A stretch of 46,518 nt of DNA from contig NW_008246090.1 of assembly GCF_000281045.1 (NCBI RefSeq), forward strand, positions 296,863-343,380, written 5' to 3'. Shown here in pieces: positions 9,773-21,066 of the stretch. This DNA comes from Saprolegnia diclina VS20 (taxonomy: Eukaryota). The position numbers and the translations under genes are program-made. Each line of letters starts with the position of its first letter. The first letter of the stretch is position 1. A model generated the notes under the pieces. It searched no databases. It saw only the letters and a program-made list of their open reading frames with translations, and had not been told where the DNA came from.

Positions 9773-12345
9773 TTATTCGTCGCTGTCCGAGTCGAGGCAA
9801 ATGATCTCGGGCAGTGCGTTGGAGCTGCTACTTCTACTATGGCTACTTCGAGGGGTCACTGGGCGAGGTATGTCGCCGCGCATGAGTCGTCGGCGCTGTG
9901 GACGCGACGCGCCAGCTTGGCGGGGCCATGCGATCGGCGGTAGAAAGTTGTCTTCGTCGTTCTCGTCGTCCGAGAGCAAGGCACCCATGGCCGGCAGTGG
10001 CGGCGACGCCGGGCTCGGCGCCACGATTGGAGCCGGTTTGCTTTCTTCATTGTCGTCGTCGTCGTAGTCGATGCTGGCGGTGCTGGCTGACGGAGGTGCG
10101 GCTGGTACTCGGTGGGCCTCGGTGGGCGGTGGTGTGAAGGGTACTGCGGGCGGCGCCATGGCGGCGCCGACGTTCGCAGATGCGTCGCCCGACATCATGG
10201 CTGCCGGCGACCGCGGTGGTGACGCATAGGTATTACCGGGGCTAGCGACGCCCGTTCCTTGCGGCGGCGGCGTCGCCGGGGCCATCTCCATCGGAGCAAA
10301 CGGAAGCGGATCCAGGTTCATCGCCGGAACAGGCGACGAGAGCACGTCAATGGCGGCGGCCGCGTCACCGGCAAAGGGCGGCGGCTGGTCGTCGTTCCAG
10401 ACATCGGGCGGGATCATGCCAAACGCCGTCGCAGCAAAGCGCAGGCCGTCCCATTGGTCGGCCCACATGCCAGCACCGCCACTTGCTGCTTGGGGTCCGT
10501 CGTCTCGCGCGGCGTGCGTACGTGGCGGCGCAGGGTCGTCTTCTTCGTCGCTCGAGAGCGTCAAGTCGATCGAGTCGACGATCGGTGCGAAATCGTCGAG
10601 GGCCACGTCCACGGCGCGCTTGCTCTCATCGTCGTCGGTCGAGTCCTCCGTCTTTGGCTTCTTTGCGGGCTTGGGCTCGACCTCGTCATCGACGCGCTTC
10701 TTCCACGTGGCGTCCGGAAAGATCTCGACTTCTTCGAGCTCGTCGTCGTCGGCCACTTGCGACAGCAAGTCTTTCAAAAATGGGTCGATGCGGAGCTCGT
10801 CCAGCGGGATAAACTACAAATCCCGTCGTTTCTACGACACAGGCCATAGGCGACTACCTTGTGGCACACGATGCACTTCCACGCCCGGGACCGCGCCGAC
10901 TTGTTGAACATGAGAAAGGTCTTGAGGTCAAAGCACTGCAAATGCTGGCAGCACAGGCCGCGGGCTGGGAGCTGGATCACGCCCAAGCTGAGCGGACACC
11001 GCACCGAGAGCATCGTGCACATGGCCACAATATCGTCATCGTCGTCGTTCCCAAACGACTGGATCACGTTTTGCTTGGCGTCGGCGTACGTGATCTTGGT
11101 CGAGTTCTGCAGGACAGTCTCGACGAGGCTGTCGAGGGACTCGCGGACGACACGCTGCACGAGCATGCCAAACATCAGCTACGAGCTGCGTGAGCCAACG
11201 AGCGAAGAGGGCGATGGACGTACGCCGTACTGGTCGGCGCCGCGAATGTCGACCACGTTGCGCCCCGGCCGCGAGTGCGGGAGGAGGTTGAGTGGCAGCT
11301 CTCGAAGCACCTTGGAGACGTTGGCGTGGCCCGGGTTGGCTCGCTAGCAGTTGGTGGACTTGCCGATGGTCATAGAAGGAAGCAAGTAGTGTACCTGGAC
11401 AACCTGGACGGGGTAGCCATTGACGCTGATCTGGGCCATGGTCGGCCATTCGTGGCCCTCACCAAGGGTGTGGCTGAGCGCAAACGAGCGCAGTTGGAGC
11501 TCAATGGCGCCGGCGGCTGTGCCCTGATTGTGCCGGAGCGCTTCCAACTCCATGGGTGTCAAGTCGTACGTCAAGGTCTGGGACCGCGGGATGTTGAAGC
11601 GCAGACAAATCGGTTGGCCGAGCGTCTCGAGGACCTTGAAGAACGGATCAAACGACTTGGAGCGACACGTCTCGCAGCACCAGTCGCCCGTGTCCTAGGA
11701 GGTCGTAGATGAGGCTTGAGATGCATCAAGAACGTCACGTACGGGCGTGAGGAGGTGGCACTTGTCGTGGACGACGAGCGTGCACGATTTGCACTTGGTC
11801 GTTCCGGCGCTCAGATGTCCGTGGCCGGGGCACATGCAGCGCGCCGACCCGATACTCGGCGCAGCGACATGCATTGGTGGCGGACGCATCTCGTGCTGGA
11901 AGAGTCCCTGGTTCATGAGGTTAGGCGGCATCTGCAACGGCGCGTTCCAGCCATGGCGCGGAATTGGGTTTGGTGCGTGGATCGGCGCCTTGTAGACAGG
12001 CGATCGATCCGGCACATGATGCAGACCCCGCTCGCTCGAGCGAATGCCTATCTGCTCGTTCATGACAGCGATCGCCTTGGCCATTTGCTGCTTGTAAAAC
12101 GTCGCGTGCGTCTCGGACTGGCTCGCCTGCTGCGCCAGCCCTGTTTGGTAGGACTATGCACGTCGCATGAGGCGTCGAATGCAGCCATGAGGCGCACGTA
12201 CCGCGACCTTGTCGTAGATGCGGTCGACGAGCTCCTGCTTCCGGCCCGACGAGCTCAAGCTCATGACCTTCATGATGACCTTGAGCTCGGGAATCCGCAG
12301 GCCCTGGAGCCTGCTCTTGAGCGACTCAATGTGGACTGCGTCCAT
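9773..12345 (-). CDS. SIZ1: SIZ1/PIAS-type E3 SUMO ligase (SAP, PHD, SP-RING/MIZ, SIMs), multi-exon
   Basis: SAP LRIPELKVIMKVMSLSSSGRKQELVDRI; PHD RCMC...KCKSC...HDKC...WCCETCR; SP-RING RCPLS...PARGLCCQHLQCFDL...WKCIVC; SIM-like IDLTLSSDEED and IICLDSDSDE. Confidence 0.92.
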
Positions 12346-12588
12346 CGTCGGCGGCCAGCGGTGCAAGCGGTCCGTCGGCCCCGCGAGGAATTTAATTTCT
12401 TCCCACCCATTATTTCGAATGTACGGCGCGGGGTACATCATCGTACGTACATCAATGTACGACATCCCGTTACCGAGCAAACACAAGCACGGCGAGGTCG
12501 TACATTCGAACGGACGGCTTGACATGGAGTTTGTATACCGAGCGAGGGCCGCAAATCTGGGACCTTGTCCATCGTCACAAGCCGGAAG

Positions 12589-14298
12589 ATGGGATCCATC
12601 GCCGAGTTCATGCTCGCCCGCGGGAAGGGCTCGTCGGCCGCGCTCGACTCGTCGGACGTGGCCGCTGCGCTCCATGGCGCCAGCATCTCGGACCTCGATG
12701 GCACCTTGGCCTGCCTCAACCTCGACGAATATGCTGCCTGCATGGTCTACCTTCTGTACGGTGTATCCTACGGTCGACAGGGCGATATTGATGCCTCCTG
12801 GCGTTAGGACGGCCAAGGGCAAGAAGCTGCCGCGCGTGGCATCGAGTCGCGACGATGACATGCAGGTCGACTCGGACCATGCAGCGCACACCAATTACTT
12901 GCTCCAAGTCGCCCAACTCTTGGCCCGCATGGCCATGCCCGCCGACGCGCGCGAGTTCCGCAAGCGTACGCGCCTCGTCTTGTGGCTTGGTTTGAGTGCT
13001 GTCGGTTGTAGTGGCCGAGCTCTGCAAGGTCGCAGCCAAGCACGCGATCGCATGCAACGAAGCCATCCGCCTCGTGCACCCGCTGCGCGGATTCCTCCAG
13101 CGCTTCCAGGACGCGGCAACGCCATGCGACGCCAAGCTCCAGCACGGCAACATGTATGCGCTCACGCCATTCCACTCGGTGCTCGCGCTCGTCGCGCTGC
13201 ACGCCAAGTGCTACCACGCGGCGACGCCCATCTTGAACCGGTACTAATCTCTTCTTGCCCGAGTCGTCGTCTCAATACCAACGTACGTAGCCCTGTCTTT
13301 GAAGTGGCCCCGTTTACGCGCGTGGTCGACGTCCTCGAGTACTGTTACTATGGCGGCATGCTCTACGTCGGCCTCAAGAAGTATCGCGACGCGGCCGAGT
13401 TCTTCCTCCTCGTACGGTCTTCATTGTCGTTGCTCGGTCGCCATCATTGTCACATTTGCGTAGGCGATCACGACGCCGGCCCACTCGCTCAGTGCGATCG
13501 TCGTCGAAGCGTACAAGAAGTACGTGCTCGTCTACTTGATTGTGCACGGCGACGTGCCCGTGCTCCCGAAAGCGACCTCGGTCGTCGTCGCGCGCGGCCT
13601 CCACACGCACGCGGCCGCCTACGAGGCTTTTGCGTCCGTCTTCAAGTCCAAGGACCCGACAAAGGTCGTCGAGTGCATGCAGGCGCATGCGGCTGAGTTT
13701 ACAAAGGTTCCCAAGTCGCTGTGATGGTCGTTTTGAGACGTTTGGCTCTATAGGCCAACAACTTTGGCCTCGTCAAGCAGTGCGTCGAGGCGCTCAAGCG
13801 GAAGCGCGTGCAGGACCTCACGGCCACGTACACGACCGTGTCGCTGGCCAAGGTCGCGACCGCGCTCGCCGTCGCCGACGAGAGCCCGAGGTATCGAGCA
13901 CCGGAATACCCGTCGTTGCTCATGTACACGTCTGCGTAGACTGGTTCTGGACGCGGAGCGCAGCATCCTGGACATGATCCGAGCGGGCGACATGGCGGCC
14001 AAGATGGACAAGACCAAGAACATGGTGGTTTTCGAGGAAGACGCGACCCAAGACCACGTGCTGACCGAGATGCAAGCCGCGATCGCCAAGACGATCCTCT
14101 TTACCGAGCGTCTCCGCGCCACGGACATTGCGCTCACAAAGAATGCCAAGTTCATTGGCAAGGTCGACCTCTCGCACTTGCTCCATCAACTCATATCTTG
14201 CTATGTTGGTGTAGACCAAGGGCCGCAAGCAGCCCGAAATGGACGGCCCGGAAGACCGTTGGACGGCGATGCACCAAGGCCAAGGGACCACCATGTAA
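12589..14298 (+). CDS. CSN3: COP9 signalosome subunit 3 (PCI domain), multi-exon
   Basis: LTPFHSVLALVALHAKCY, YCYYGGMLYVGLKKY, SAIVVEAYKKYVLVYLIVHG, NNFGLVKQCVEALKRKRVQDLTATYTTVSL and ILDMIRAGDMAAKM. Confidence 0.88.
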
Positions 14299-14330
14299 GC
14301 GTCAGCGACGTGTGAAACCAAATGCTCTTA

Positions 14331-16997
14331 TCAAACGTAATGATTGCGTCCACCTGGCTGCTGCTGGTAGTTGCCATACGCTGGCGCATACGGTCCAGGC
14401 TGCTGCGGTTGTTGCGGGTGGCCGTACGGCGCTGCGTACTGGCCCGGGTACCCCGGCTGCGCTTGGTAGCCTTGCTGCTGCGGGTAGCCTTGCTGCGGAT
14501 AGCCGGGTTGGTGCGACTGCTGCGGGTAGCTCGGGTAGCTTGGCTGGGCATAGCTACTCGATTGTTGCGGCGGGTACGATGGCGGCGGCGGACCACCGTA
14601 CGACTGGTTGCCATACTGCGGCGGCTGTCCGTACGGGCTGCTACCGGGATACTGGGGCGGCGGAGCATTGTACGACGGGCCTCGCGCTGGCGGGTACGGG
14701 TTCGCCGGGTGGTGGTTGCCGTAAGACGGTTGATACGCTGGGGGCGACGGCGGCGGCGCGTTGGGCGTGAACGTTTGTGGCGCCCCGCCCGCGAGGCTTG
14801 CAGCGTAGGCCGCGTCGGCGGCCACTTGGTCGTTGCCCGAGACGTGCACGCTTTGTTGGAGCTGCCGCGCCAACTGCGCGTCGTTGTCGCTCGAGGCCTC
14901 GGGGCGTGGCGCGTGCGCCAAGTTGAGCTCCATCTCGCGCTTCTCGAGGTCGCGCGCGGCGCAGTGGTCCGTCACAGTTTGCTCGAGCAGCTGCAGCTTC
15001 TGCGACAGCTCGGCGTAGAACGCGCCGCCTTCCGTCGCATTCCCGAGCAGCTGCTCGTACAGGTCCACCGCGCGCTGGAGGTCCATGAGCGCTTGCTCGC
15101 GCTGGCGCGTGATCGGATCGGCCTGCCGGCCTTGCTTGAAGAGGTCGTTGCGGGCCGTAATGTCGCTCAGCAAGTCGGCTTGCTCGGAGAACGTGCCTTC
15201 AATGAGCGACCGCTTCTGCTCCAAAAGCGCCTGCTTGGCACCGAGTGCGTCGTCGGCTCCGGTCGCGACAACGTGGACAGGCACCGCAGCCTCGGCGGCG
15301 AGCTCGGCCTGCATCTCGTCCCGCTTTTGGAGGAGGACGCCCAGCGTCACCATGAGATTTGAGAGAATCGACGTGTCGACGGTCGCCGCCGAGGCGTCGC
15401 GCTGCGGAATCTTGGCACTCAGCTCGGTCTGCGTCTCGCCGAGCATGAGCAGCTCGGGCTTCTGCAGCGACGAGGCAATCGCGAGGTCCGACTGCGCCGC
15501 GTCGCGGAGGAGCTTGTGGTACCGGTCGACGTCCCCGTAGAGACCGGCATTGAGATTCGCAGACGGCGCGCGGTTCCACTGGGCGCCATAATTTGCTTTG
15601 GCCGCCAAGTCGTCCTGGGCTTCGTCCCGCAAGAGGTTTTCAATGTGGCGCAACTGCTCGTCGGCGAGCGCTTTCGAGCGCTTGTTTTCGTCGAGGATGC
15701 GACCAATCGGCGCCGTGAGCCCGTTCGCTCGGCACGCTTCGATGCGCTTCCAGAGCGTGGGCGGCAGCCCCGCGCCCTTCTCGAACGCTTCGACGGCGGC
15801 CGGCAGTCCGAGCACGGCGAGGTGGGACCGCGCTTGTTCGCTCTGCGACGCGACGGCCGCGGCCGACGCGCTCACGAGGCTCTGGACCGTCGCGTCAAAC
15901 TCAGTGATCTTTTGACGCAGCCACGTGGGCACGAGATCTTCAAAGAGGTCGGCGACCTTTTCCTTCTCGGGTAGCTGCGGCTTGACCATGGCGGCGGCCG
16001 AGAGCACCGGGAGGTCCGTCAGTCTCGGAATGGTTTCCATGTAGATCGTGTCGTTGTCCTTGCGGGCGTTCTGAAGGCTCTCGACGATGATGGCCTTGAG
16101 CTGCCGCACCGACGCGGGCAGCGACGGCGGCAGTCGCTTCTCGGTCGCGTGGCTAATGGCTTGGGCGCAGAGCGCGTCGGCGGTCGCGAGGCGTGTGATT
16201 TCTTCGCCGTAGCCCGAGCCTTTTGCGAGCGCCGCCTCTTTGGAGGCTTTCGCTTGCCAAAACTGCGCAGCAGCCTTCATGCACATGACTTGAAACTCAA
16301 TGTGCACGGCCCAGAGGCGGTCGATCGCCGACTTGGTCGTCGACGCGTTCGCAAAGTCGAGCGCCGAGACGTAGAACGCGACGGCTTGCGTCGCAAGCTT
16401 GGACTTGATGCCGTCCTTCATCTTGTCCTTGATCGACTTTTCGTAAAAGCACGCCTGGGCTTGCGCGAGCATGAGGTTCACGAGCATCGAGAGACCGTCG
16501 TTGCTCATGTCGACCGTGCGGGCGCCTGTCGTCGGCGACGATTGGATCGTGGCAAAGGCCCCCGCGGCCGCCATAAAATGGTTGCAAGCGCCTTTGAGCC
16601 CGTCTGTGGTGCTGCGGTCGCAGTTGACCGCGGCCTGCGACTCGAGCGCGCCGACGAGAAACATGACAGCGTCGCGCTCAAACTGGACCGCGTTCTGCGT
16701 CAGCTTTTGGCGCGGGCAGAACGAATCGTACCACGTGAACGGAACTTTGACCGTCGTGTCGCCGATCGGAAACCGCGTCTCGAGGAGCTCGAGCTGCGCG
16801 TGGTAGCGCAAGAGCACGAGGCGAGACATGGGCGACGGCGTCCGGACTGCCTCGACGTCCTTGCGCATCTGGCCGAGCGCCGAGAGCGAGGCCGTGAACT
16901 TGTCGGCCTCGGCCTCCGAGTACTCCTTCGCGATGTAGCTGCGCAGCGGCTTGGCCACGTCGAGGGGCGACGTCTGCTTGAGCTGCACCGCCAGCAT
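14331..16997 (-). CDS. BRO1: BRO1/ALIX family ESCRT-associated protein (Bro1 + V domain + Pro/Gln/Tyr-rich tail), intronless
   Basis: VPFTWYDSF, FERDAVMFLVGAL, LMLAQAQACFYEK, YGEEITRL, ARKDNDTIYME, DLFEDLVP and EGGAFYAEL, followed by a PYQG-rich tail. Confidence 0.93.
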   Translation of the reverse strand: MLAVQLKQTSPLDVAKPLRSYIAKEYSEAEADKFTASLSALGQMRKDVEAVRTPSPMSRLVLLRYHAQLELLETRFPIGDTTVKVPFTWYDSFCPRQKLTQNAVQFERDAVMFLVGALESQAAVNCDRSTTDGLKGACNHFMAAAGAFATIQSSPTTGARTVDMSNDGLSMLVNLMLAQAQACFYEKSIKDKMKDGIKSKLATQAVAFYVSALDFANASTTKSAIDRLWAVHIEFQVMCMKAAAQFWQAKASKEAALAKGSGYGEEITRLATADALCAQAISHATEKRLPPSLPASVRQLKAIIVESLQNARKDNDTIYMETIPRLTDLPVLSAAAMVKPQLPEKEKVADLFEDLVPTWLRQKITEFDATVQSLVSASAAAVASQSEQARSHLAVLGLPAAVEAFEKGAGLPPTLWKRIEACRANGLTAPIGRILDENKRSKALADEQLRHIENLLRDEAQDDLAAKANYGAQWNRAPSANLNAGLYGDVDRYHKLLRDAAQSDLAIASSLQKPELLMLGETQTELSAKIPQRDASAATVDTSILSNLMVTLGVLLQKRDEMQAELAAEAAVPVHVVATGADDALGAKQALLEQKRSLIEGTFSEQADLLSDITARNDLFKQGRQADPITRQREQALMDLQRAVDLYEQLLGNATEGGAFYAELSQKLQLLEQTVTDHCAARDLEKREMELNLAHAPRPEASSDNDAQLARQLQQSVHVSGNDQVAADAAYAASLAGGAPQTFTPNAPPPSPPAYQPSYGNHHPANPYPPARGPSYNAPPPQYPGSSPYGQPPQYGNQSYGGPPPPSYPPQQSSSYAQPSYPSYPQQSHQPGYPQQGYPQQQGYQAQPGYPGQYAAPYGHPQQPQQPGPYAPAYGNYQQQPGGRNHYV

Positions 16998-17485
16998 CGC
17001 CTGTTGCCGCAAATAAAAGAAATAGCACGGAGCGTTGATCTTTCGTGTCCAGCCCCAACCTACATTCTGGTCGCCAACACTCCAGCCAAACCGGTTCCAT
17101 TATTTTACCGTTGGACGCTCTGCATACAAACACCTATATGCATAGGAGCTCATAAAATCGACTTCAAATATATTTTTTATCTCAGAGAATGTATACCGGT
17201 GTGATAGCCAATCAGAGCGCGCACCGCGCGTCGTGAAGAAGGCTAGAAACACCACGTTTTGGTGGCAATACTCCTTACCACGCGCAACAGTACTGATCCT
17301 TTTGCGCACTTGTGCGCAATTTGTACGGGTGCTAGAGCCTTTCTTAGAGTGTGGTAGTGTTTTCCCCATGGTGACGAGATGTTTACGGACGGCTGGCGCG
17401 GCAAACAAAGGGTCTTGGTCTGTAAATCGCGTGGAAATAGATGCTGCCGGTCCCGGGTCGCGCGGGCAAACCTGCCAAACTCGAT

Positions 17486-18832
17486 ATGGACTCTGGAAGG
17501 CCGCGATCGGTTTCGGCAAGATCGTGTTTGGCCCTTCCGATGAACAACTCGTACGTGGCCGGCGCCGGCGCGTACGTCAAGGGCGATTTCGCCATCACGT
17601 CGACGGGCGTCGTCATGAAGGGCACGGGCCGGGCCTTTACGGTCAACCCGGCGGAGCTCGAGTGGGGTGACACGATCGGCCAAGGCGCCAGCGGCACCGT
17701 GCGGCGGTCCAGGCACACGCCCTCGGGCACGATCCTAGCGCTCAAGCTCATCAACATGTTTGACAAAGCCAAGCGCGAGCAGCTCATGCGCGAGATCCAC
17801 GCGCTCTTCGACTCGGAGGTATCTCTCCATCATGAGCATTGACGTCGATGAACCATGCGTCATTAGTGTCCGTGCCTGGTGACGTTTTACGGGGCGTTCC
17901 TCAAAGACAGCGCCGTCGCCTTAGCGCTCGAGTACATGGACTGCGGGTCGCTTGAGAACGTCGTGCGCGAGTATGGCGGCGGCGTGCCCGAGCCGATCCT
18001 CGCCAACATCACGCTGCAGCTTCTCATCGGGCTCTCGTACCTCAAGTCCAAGAAGCGCGTGCACCGCGATATCAAGCCGTCCAACATTCTCCTCAACACG
18101 AACGGCGAGGCGAAGCTCACAGATTTTGGCATTGCGACCGAACTCTGCAATTCGATCGGTATACCATTGCATGTTCCATGTCGTCCTGGGATCTCATGCG
18201 AACGACGCTAGCCATGTGCGGTACGTTTGTGGGAACCTTCAAGTACATGTCGCCCGAGCGCATTCGCCGCGATCCATACAGGTTCCCAAATGCCACACTG
18301 CGTCCACTCACCGATTTTAGCTACGCCTCGGACATTTGGAGCTTGGGGCTGGTTCTCATGGAGACGGCGACGGGCCAGTACCCGTACCACCAGCACAAGA
18401 CGACGATCGAGGTCTGTGTGCCGACACTAGCGTAGTGATAACGGCGCTTCAGATGATCCAGAGTGTGCTAGAGGCGCCGCCGCCACCGCTGTCGGAAGGT
18501 ATGGCATCATGACATGTCATACTTTAACTAGATCCCTCGGTAGACGCCTACTCGCCAGCATTTTGCGCCTTCTTGCACGATTGCTTGCGCACGTCGGTGC
18601 GTCCGACGTGCCCATGAGACAGCTGTCTGCAACATCGACGCGTAGGACAAGGACCGGAAGAGCGTGGACGAGCTCCTCGCGTCGCCATGGCTCACGCAAT
18701 GGGGTGCGACGGGTACAACTTTGCACTTGGCGGGCTCTTTCCTTGAAAGATTGATACATTGTAGACCTCGACGCGGCCCAGCGCAACGTGCGGACGTGGG
18801 TCCAAGCGCAGCAAAACAACCACAACACTTAA
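17486..18832 (+). CDS. MAP kinase kinase (STE7/MEK family), multi-exon
   Basis: [46 protein letters not shown], spliced activation loop [21 protein letters not shown] and SDIWSLGL. An alternative start lies at 17540. Confidence 0.92.
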
Positions 18833-18868
18833 ACGTGCGATACATGAGAATAAATAGTCTGTACGATC

Positions 18869-20074
18869 CTACGAGGACGCGTGCTGGATCACGGCGGCCG
18901 CGGCGGCCTGCAAGAGTGCCACGTAGTAGGACGTTTCGCCGCCGACCGATGCGTCCGAGAGACCCATCGCCTCCATTGCATGCAGCTGCATGTACAGCAG
19001 CGGCAACTGTGCATGGGATAAGATCGAGACAAGAATCGGGAGCACGATGTCAGCTGAGAGACACAGCGACGATGTGACGCCGAGTGCGTCACCGACTTCG
19101 TCATGGAGCGTCGCGATCGCAGCCATGAGCGTCTGGAGCATGCCATCCGGCAAGAGCACTGGGAGTTCTTCGATCGCGTCAATCGTGCGAGAGAGCGAGA
19201 TCTCGTCGTGGGGCACGCCGACGTCGATGAGTCCGACGTCCGTGAGCGAGAGCTGCCGGACGCTCTCGACGCTGGCATCAAACTGTCTTTGGTCGCGCGC
19301 CAGGGTCGTGACGACGGGCGCATAGTAAGCCGCAGCGAGTCGACCGCACAGCAGTCGCCGCACGAGGCGCCGGAGCGTTTGGTCGACTGCCGACACACCG
19401 TGCTCGGCGGCCAAGTGGGCGCAAATGTCATGGTGAAGCGCCGCAAATGTCGCCCTCGGCACCACGTACGTGCTAATGTCTTTGAACGCCGAGATGGCCG
19501 TGCGCTCGAGACGCTGGCCAATGTCGGTCTTGTAAAACTGCGAAGCCACGAGCACCATCTCAAAGGCAAAGTCGAAATTGGACGGGTCGTCGTGGCAAGG
19601 GATCGTTGTCGCCTGCAGGAGCAGCGGCAAGCTCGATACATGCGCCGTGAGGTACGTGTCGTCCTGGAATGCGGCCTTGACGTCGTCGCTGCGGCGCGCA
19701 AACGCATCGTCGGCCGACCTCCGGCGCAGCGACGTCGTGCCCCCGTGCTTTTTCACGTGCGCCGATATCGCTTGCAGCCATGCGATCTGCCGCGAGAGCA
19801 CTTGGTACAAGATGTCTTTGGCCAGCGCTCCTTCCCAGTTGGCGTCGTTCGCCGCGTCGAGGATCGCGAGCCCGCGCTTGTGCAGCGCGGCCTCGGCGTG
19901 CGCGCGGAGGCGGCGCAGGCTCGTCGTCGTAGCACTCTTGCGCAGCCACGTGCCATTCAAAAAGTCGGTGCGCGCGTCCCACTCGATCTGGTGCGTGCGC
20001 TTCTTGAGCGCTTTTGTCTCTTTTGCGACGCGGTCGGCGCGCGACTCGGTCGGGCTCGAGAAGGACACGCTCAT
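18869..20074 (-). CDS. VPS9-domain protein (putative Rab5-family GEF), intronless
   Basis: C-terminal LSADIVLPILVSIL and GETSYYVALLQAA match the two VPS9 signature segments. Start taken at MSVSFSSP. Confidence 0.75.
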   Translation of the reverse strand: MSVSFSSPTESRADRVAKETKALKKRTHQIEWDARTDFLNGTWLRKSATTTSLRRLRAHAEAALHKRGLAILDAANDANWEGALAKDILYQVLSRQIAWLQAISAHVKKHGGTTSLRRRSADDAFARRSDDVKAAFQDDTYLTAHVSSLPLLLQATTIPCHDDPSNFDFAFEMVLVASQFYKTDIGQRLERTAISAFKDISTYVVPRATFAALHHDICAHLAAEHGVSAVDQTLRRLVRRLLCGRLAAAYYAPVVTTLARDQRQFDASVESVRQLSLTDVGLIDVGVPHDEISLSRTIDAIEELPVLLPDGMLQTLMAAIATLHDEVGDALGVTSSLCLSADIVLPILVSILSHAQLPLLYMQLHAMEAMGLSDASVGGETSYYVALLQAAAAAVIQHASS

Positions 20075-21066
20075 CTCGGACCGGTGCGGACTCAAGAGCG
20101 CCGAGAGCGTCGACGAGCGCGCGCTGAACGCATGCACATTACGCTGGTACGGCGTCCACGCGGCCACCGCGAATACCATCGCTTCCGCTTGTGACGAAGA
20201 AGCACCAAGATGATGACACTGCCAGGTGGTTTCGGCGTCCCCAACGTGATTGGCCAGCAAAAATGGCCGAGGACGGACGACTTGGTATTGCGATCTTTCA
20301 CCTGCCGCTCCATGTCCATGTCCAGGCCATCGACAATGATCTTCAGAGCACATGCTACATGGACGTATCCCTTCCTCGTCCTCCTTCTGCATCTACGTGG
20401 CTTGACAGTGTCATCTCGGTTCTGCCGTGCGACTGCCTGCGCGAGCTACGGCTCCTCTGGCACAAGGCTGGAAGACGACACGTCTCTCTTCATAATGCTA
20501 CGTGGCAGGTGCCACGCGGGAGAGCCGCCCGGTCGGCAAAACCGCAAGAGAGCGCGCCGCGGACGGTATAAAACACGCAGACGAGTCGCTTGTCATTACA
20601 TGCAGACGGTTAGAAACGCGCCGTCGCGGCGATGGCGCTCGATTGCGCTCGATTCGCGAGCTCTCAACGGGGCTGCTTCGCGCGTTCTCCGAGACGCGAT
20701 CCGAGCGAGCGCGCTTCAAAGCGCTTGGAAGCGCTCGATTCGCCAAAGACAGCGCGTTGGTCGCGTCTTTTTTTCTTTCGTCACAAAGTTGGATACAAAC
20801 ACCAAGTTATAATTTATCCAAAGGAATAAAAAAAGAGGCGGAGGGGATAAAAAATAGCGCTGTGTGGTTTTTGTCTCTTCAAAAGGGAACGTCGCACGGG
20901 CCAAGCAACGTCGGCCGCCATAGAACCAGGTATGGCCATGTGCTCGGCCGCGCTCTGCTGCGCCATGCGCTCTGCCCCGCGACTAGAGGAGCGGGGGCGG
21001 TGCCATGTGACGTCCTGCGTCTCCTGCGCGGAAGCTCATGGGCCCTTGTATGTGCTAGTCCCGCTC

